From IMG/VR virus record IMGVR_UViG_3300048856_000136, positions 1 through 40,803 of that record: a DNA stretch of 40,803 nt, one strand, 5' to 3'. Below are positions 36,180 to 40,803 of this stretch, in pieces (the stretch's first letter is position 1; the number at the start of each line of letters is the position of its first letter). The stretch is from a virus. Taxonomy: Duplodnaviria > Caudoviricetes. The notes under the pieces are model-generated. The model had not been told where the DNA came from. It did not search any database and worked only from the letters and a program-made list of their open reading frames with translations. The translations under genes and the position numbers were made by a program.

Positions 36180-37295
36180 ATGGCATGGTATACCACCGGC
36201 ACGATTGCCGTATCAGGAACGACAGTAACCGGCACAGGTACAAACTGGCTGGATAACAAGCAGTCGATTGGTGCAGGCCAGGCTCTGCTTATTCCCGGTT
36301 CTGGCACGGTTAAGATGTATGAGATTGCGAGTGTAACCAGCGCAACTAAGCTGACGCTCAAGACGTCACCCGGGACGATTGCTGCGGGGCAGGCTTACGC
36401 CATCCTGTCTTTCTATACCGACTCAGTTCCTGACTTTGCGCGACGTCTCGCTGCTCAGTTGAGCTATTACCAGTCACAGATGGATGGCTGGCAGCAGATT
36501 ATGACCGGAACCGGAAATGTGACGCTGACCGCGCCAGATGGCAACAGTGTGACCATTAGTAGCTTTTTAAAGCTGACTGCCGACATGGCGAATAAACTTG
36601 ATACCACTACAGGCGGCACAATTACAGGGCAAGTCAAAGCGTCAGGTACAATTTCTCGCGAAGGTGGCGGCACACTTAGCTTTAATGCAAACAGAACCAA
36701 TTCAGATGCAAACAGTTATTACGGCGCTCAGACTACAGCGGGACAAATATTTTTTGGCACCGGTTCTGGATCAAACTTTGTAGTTAATAACTCTCAAAGC
36801 AATTCAGGCGCATGGCTATCGATTGATGCAAGCCTTGCAGCTTTTGCTAATGCCATAAGTTGTAAGTCTTTTACGGCAGGCGGCGGCACTCTTTCCGGTG
36901 CTCTGAATATGAACGGACAGAATCTGTCAGGCATCAATGTTATGTCCTGGATAAGCACAGCGGCTGCCAGAGCATCGATGGCGGCGGCGGGGTTCAGCGG
37001 TACTTCTGCTTCAGGTAACGGATATTTTGATGTGGTCTCTTCGGTCAGGACATTCAGGGTCATGTACGGTACAGCTGTAGTCACCCTGAACTCATCGGGC
37101 GAAGCCACTGTTCCTTACCCAACAGCTTTCCCCGCAGCGGTTTGCGCGGTAATACCATGCCTTGGGGATAACACGGGAGCCACGAGCTTGGCGGGAATTA
37201 ACTTTGCCCAGAGCAGAACGGGTAACTTTGACATACACGTGTGGGGTCAGACCAGCTCCGCATGCCGCATCAACTTTATCGCGATAGGTTATTAA
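36180..37295 (+). CDS. Side tail fibre protein
   Basis: WYTTGTIAVSGTTVTGTGTNW N-terminus, Gly/Ser/Thr-rich shaft, C-terminal YPTAFP..FIAIGY. Confidence 0.88.
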   Translation: MAWYTTGTIAVSGTTVTGTGTNWLDNKQSIGAGQALLIPGSGTVKMYEIASVTSATKLTLKTSPGTIAAGQAYAILSFYTDSVPDFARRLAAQLSYYQSQMDGWQQIMTGTGNVTLTAPDGNSVTISSFLKLTADMANKLDTTTGGTITGQVKASGTISREGGGTLSFNANRTNSDANSYYGAQTTAGQIFFGTGSGSNFVVNNSQSNSGAWLSIDASLAAFANAISCKSFTAGGGTLSGALNMNGQNLSGINVMSWISTAAARASMAAAGFSGTSASGNGYFDVVSSVRTFRVMYGTAVVTLNSSGEATVPYPTAFPAAVCAVIPCLGDNTGATSLAGINFAQSRTGNFDIHVWGQTSSACRINFIAIGY

Positions 37296-37296
37296 T

Positions 37297-37779
37297 ATGC
37301 CGGAAGAAATCGAAAGCACGCAAGATGCAGTGATTCCAGAAGAAATTCAGAAAGAAGAAGCAGGCTATATGTACAGCCTGAGCGCGCGGGCGTTCTATCC
37401 GAAAGGAACTATTTCGCAGCAGCCTTATGTTGATGCCGGGAGTTTACCCGGTGACTTAACTGATATCAGCGATGAAGACTATGCGGCCTTCTTTAATCCA
37501 CCCGAAGGTTACAGCAGCGTATTCGATGAGTCTGGCCCCCATCTGGAGAAGATACCAGAACCGGATTATAAGGCTTTAGCTGACAAAGATAAGCAAGCCC
37601 TCCTAGACCAGGCTACGCAGGCGATTACCGTCTGGCAAACTAAGCTGCTTATGAGCCGCAAACTTACCGAGAAAGAGTCAGCCTCACTCAATGCATGGAT
37701 GGATTATATCGACGTGCTTAACGACACTGACTTAAGTGATGCGCCTGATGTGCAGTGGCCTGCAAAGCCTTCAAATTAG
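37297..37779 (+). CDS. tfa: Tail fibre assembly chaperone (Tfa)
   Basis: WQTKLLM..LNAWMDYID..DVQWPAKP. Confidence 0.88.
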   Translation: MPEEIESTQDAVIPEEIQKEEAGYMYSLSARAFYPKGTISQQPYVDAGSLPGDLTDISDEDYAAFFNPPEGYSSVFDESGPHLEKIPEPDYKALADKDKQALLDQATQAITVWQTKLLMSRKLTEKESASLNAWMDYIDVLNDTDLSDAPDVQWPAKPSN

Positions 37780-37926
37780 AGAAGTATCAGTCGCTCGGTT
37801 ATTACCGTTACATCTCTGCCATTTCACAGGCACGTGGCAAAAACCTTAATACACATACATAAAGCGCTAAGGATAAGAAATGGTTCTATGCTTATAGAGA
37901 TTTATCTAACCCAGACGGGAGGAACA

Positions 37927-38112
37927 ATGACTGCACATCGTGGTGGAACTGGTAACTTTGCGGAAAATCCTGAGCGTGCTAAAGAAGCGGGTAGCAAAGG
38001 CGGTAAAGTCAGTGGTGGAAATTTCAAGAATGACCCCAGGCGTGCGGTTGAAGCCGGTCGTAAAGGTGGAGCAATAAGCCGGAGAGGCAAAGTAAAGCAA
38101 CCAGAGCAATAA
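37927..38112 (+). CDS. KGG-repeat general stress protein (YciG/GsiB-like)
   Basis: HRGGTGNFAENPERAKEAGSKGG and NFKNDPRRAVEAGRKGG. GGAGG RBS, sigmaS-like CTATGCT at 37886-37892. Confidence 0.88.
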   Translation: MTAHRGGTGNFAENPERAKEAGSKGGKVSGGNFKNDPRRAVEAGRKGGAISRRGKVKQPEQ

Positions 38113-38578
38113 GAGGGTCTGGGTTAACTTTGAATCCCGTACATATTAGCCGTTTGAAATCGCGGATATGAAAAAAACCCGCGTAGGCGGGTGTGGCAAA
38201 GTTCACCAATAAATTTCATCCGTGACCCCAGTAAAGCACATGGTTAATTATTAGCCATAAAAAAGCATGGCGACCAGGCAGTGAATGTTCTGCTTCTGTC
38301 TGAGCAGGCTTACGGGGTGAGTGATTAAATATCAGGCTCTCGTAAATCAGAGAGGCAGACCGAAGAGATAAAAAAGCCCGGTATGGATACCGGGTCATCT
38401 ATTTAGATGAAAAAACACACATAACCTGCACAGCTAAACACTAAACCTTCCCTACTTCGCTTTATATTTTGTTAGAAAAGTGAAAGTCAGAATTATGCAG
38501 AGTTTTATGAGGCCATAAGAAACCCGCCATAACAGAACGTGATATCGTGATTTGGTCGAAAAGCGAGCGGGGTTGGCT

Positions 38579-38785
38579 ATGTACTCAAACGAAGCAGACG
38601 AACTCTACGAGGAGATGTGCCGCATAGTAGGCGATATGGTGTTCACGCTGCATGATTTTGGCGTTGATTCTAAACAGATGGTGATAGCAGATGCGCTGAG
38701 AACCGCGCTGGCGCATAAGGGAGAGGAAAGAACAGAATTGATGGTAAAAGCAATGGAGGCGGCGGTTCGGGTGCTGGAGCGTTAG
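38579..38785 (+). CDS. fumD: FumD/YdhZ (DUF2767)-like small protein, copy 2
   Basis: Highly similar to 3021..3224 (shared FTLHDFGV, ALAHKGEERTELM). Confidence 0.7.
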   Translation: MYSNEADELYEEMCRIVGDMVFTLHDFGVDSKQMVIADALRTALAHKGEERTELMVKAMEAAVRVLER

Positions 38786-39034
38786 TCACAAAAAAGCCCG
38801 CACATGGCGGGCAATTGGTGTGTCCTAATCTTATCGTAGGCAACACAATGCTGTGTGTTACCTGTTCAGCTTAGCTCGCAGGTGCTTATTAACTGTGAGA
38901 ATTGTCTAAATGTCATCTTCTGGTTGTGTCAGCGAGACTGAAGACAAAAAAGCCCGCTCAGGACGGGCCAACCAGTAATTTTGCTGTATGAAGTCTTATT
39001 ATAGACCTGAGGCTTGCAGTCTCGGGCACTGAAG

Positions 39035-39061
39035 TTATCGACCGTATCGCATAAACCTTGA
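39035..39061 (-). promoter_or_regulatory. sigma28 (FliA)-type promoter
   Basis: TCAAGGTT-N11-GTCGATAA. Confidence 0.65.
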
Positions 39062-39147
39062 GCGATAGACACAAAAAACCCGCGCGAGGCGGGCTTGAAA
39101 TGTAATGCCGTCGATCTTATTTGGGGTTTAATTCCCTGGTAAGACTG

Positions 39148-39174
39148 TTATCGGCATAGGTCAGTAATTCTTCA
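39148..39174 (-). promoter_or_regulatory. sigma28 (FliA)-type promoter
   Basis: TGAAGAAT-N11-GCCGATAA, perfect -10. Confidence 0.7.
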
Positions 39175-39556
39175 GGCTGAGATACAAAAAATTGAACGAG
39201 GCGGGTTAGCCTTGGATTTCAGGCAAAAAAATCCCGCATATGCGGGCGATATGACGATGATGTTTTAGTTATGCACCAGGGTAGGAGCGTAGTGACAATT
39301 TGCCATAGATGCTGTTTACATAAAATAAGCTCTTAAAATTATCAGAATTTAAGTATAAAAAACCTGCACGAGGCGGGCAAATAGGTGTCTTTATCTTGTC
39401 GTTCGCAACACTTGCTGTGTTACCGGACAATACTAATCCCCAGATTTTGATAAATAAATCACTCTGTATAGATTATGTGATGTGAGTTCTTTAGTGGTTG
39501 CTGGCGCGCAAAAAGCCGCATCTCTACGGCCTCATGTCACCCAAACGTCTCCGGCC

Positions 39557-39646
39557 CTATGAAAAGTAAAGGCCCTTTTGCAGCAATGCCTCAATCAGCA
39601 TGAGTACTACTATCGCTGCACAAATAGGAGGCAGATAAATCTTCAT
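39557..39646 (-). CDS. 29-aa hydrophobic peptide (type I toxin-like, not in ORF track)
   Basis: MKIYLPPICAAIVVLMLIEALLQKGLYFS*. AAGGGAG RBS within a CTTCCC-AA-GGGAG hairpin, terminator at 39510-39530. Confidence 0.6.
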   Translation of the reverse strand: MKIYLPPICAAIVVLMLIEALLQKGLYFS

Positions 39647-39883
39647 GTTATGCTCCCTTGGGAAGTTTCTGAGTTAGAACCAGAAGTAAACACAACTGGT
39701 TAGGCATACCTCTCTTTCGTCCACTAAAGGGGACTCATCCGTGAGGTGCTATAGTCCTGACAAACCCTGGTGTTGGTTTGTTAGATAAAATTTGGTAGCT
39801 GAAATAATAGGCGGGGGAGATGATATCACCTGTTATCCACAGGGCTTAGCTGTAAATTTATCAGGTGTCACTCTTAGAAATAC

Positions 39884-40145
39884 TCAGTCCATAAACTTAA
39901 GAGACGGATGCTCCATCCCCGCCTCAATAGCATCTACGTTACGCTGCATTTCAGTAATTAGCTTCTTTGCCATATCTAAGGATATCGACATAAGGAAATT
40001 CTTTTTCGGTTAATGCGTGCTCGGCTAGGGTATCCTTGAAAGACAGCTTGAGCACCATCAGCTGAGCCATAGAGCTGTAAATTGAACCGAATTCAACTAA
40101 ATCGCGCATTCTTCCAACATTGGGCTCTCTTTCATTTTTCATCAA
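39884..40145 (-). pseudogene. Frameshifted small gene, possibly BssS-like
   Basis: ORF 39951..40145 continues in another frame near 39985 as ISLDMAKKLITEMQRNVDAIEAGMEHPSLKFMD*. Size and pattern resemble BssS. Confidence 0.45.
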
Positions 40146-40803
40146 CAGGCTCCTCTTGTTTTAATGAAAGCTTAATTTTCTGCAATTCATCGTATCGATC
40201 ATGGAGAGATTTAGGGAAAAGCTCGGTATAAACCTGCCACAGCGTGCTAAGAGAGCGATGTCCGCTCACCTGCGCGACTTCCTCAATAGTGAATCCAGCT
40301 TCGAATAATCTACTAACTCCCTCTCTTCTCAAATCGTGATAGCGCAGATCGGAAATACCCAATTTGTTACGTTCCTGAGCAAACGTAAGGGAAATGTTTT
40401 TCGGCCTGAATGGGAAAATACATTCCTCTCGTTTGGGTTGCCTCATAACAATCTCCCAGGCATCACCAAGCAAGGCAACTTTCATATGATTACCTATCTT
40501 TTTGCGAGGATCCTTTCTGTCTCGTACAACAACCGCTTTTTGCACGTGATCTATATCTTCCCACCGAATACGGGTGACCTCGCCAACGCGCATGCATGTT
40601 AAAATTGAAAACATGAATATTTCGGAGAAAGGAATGTTTTTATATGAACTTTTTTCTCTGACTTTTAGGGCTTCAATAAGACGATCTGTTTCGTCCTGCG
40701 TTGGCCGGCGACTTCTTTTTTGAGAGGAGGTGGTCATGCGAAGCTTATTCATTTGATACTTCGCATAGCTAAAATCATCCAGCCTGACATCTACGTTGAA
40801 CAT
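40132..40803 (-). CDS. int: Tyrosine recombinase/integrase, catalytic portion (probably 5'-truncated by the window)
   Basis: TCMRVGE (R), RDRKDP (K), YHDLRRE (HxxR), SGH, and Y in WQVYT. Confidence 0.92.
   Translation of the reverse strand: MFNVDVRLDDFSYAKYQMNKLRMTTSSQKRSRRPTQDETDRLIEALKVREKSSYKNIPFSEIFMFSILTCMRVGEVTRIRWEDIDHVQKAVVVRDRKDPRKKIGNHMKVALLGDAWEIVMRQPKREECIFPFRPKNISLTFAQERNKLGISDLRYHDLRREGVSRLFEAGFTIEEVAQVSGHRSLSTLWQVYTELFPKSLHDRYDELQKIKLSLKQEEPVDEK

Larger units (their letters stand above)
38171..39530 (-). ncRNA. Array of tandem candidate sRNA genes (promoter, short RNA, intrinsic terminator)
   Basis: Co-oriented minus-strand terminators start at 38171, 38370, 38790, 38946, 39073, 39225, 39357 and 39510, with degenerate ones at 38259 and 39186. 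Most have a -10-like element 70-110 bp away. Confidence 0.65.
1..40803. mobile_element. Lambdoid (HK97 head, lambda tail) temperate phage/prophage
   Basis: Complete ordered immunity, replication, lysis, head, tail and integrase modules. att sites not identified. Confidence 0.97.

Noticed and set aside
36180-37779. Tail-fibre invertible segment or diversity-generating retroelement
   Set aside because: No invertase, reverse transcriptase, inverted crossover sites or template repeat seen.
38216-38398. 60-aa ORF and other ORFs in the array region (38024..38209, 39792..40013)
   Set aside because: They run through terminators or are antisense to better candidates, with no RBS.
38171-39530. Array as CRISPR, integron attC or REP repeats
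   Set aside because: Repeats are degenerate terminator hairpins with variable spacing. No cas gene, integron integrase or REP consensus.

Overview
A near-complete temperate lambdoid siphophage or prophage from an enterobacterial-type host. In order: leftward pL early genes; a lambda-like immunity region (cI, cro, OR/OL operators almost matching lambda) with two unrelated genes in the rexAB slot; e14/SfV-type ymfL-ymfM-replication module with iteron origin; PerC, ParB-like, RusA, SOS-boxed antirepressor, DUF968 and Q; phage-21-type lysis cassette followed by an Acb2-like anti-CBASS gene; HK97-type cos/head; lambda-type tail, cor and tail fibre; an accessory end; and the 3' part of a tyrosine integrase. 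The most unusual content is non-coding. (1) A ~1.6-kb array (38.17-39.78 kb) of tandem minus-strand promoter/short RNA/terminator units, two with sigma28 promoters, whose 5' ends appear complementary to the ArcZ and RprA seeds. (2) A bipartite leader element (TTGCAG-loop hairpin plus GTGTGTGGAG RBS) before four early/regulatory genes, with complementary loops in the late transcript and in one array RNA. All family calls and comparisons to known sequences are by eye and from memory; no searches or folding programs were run.
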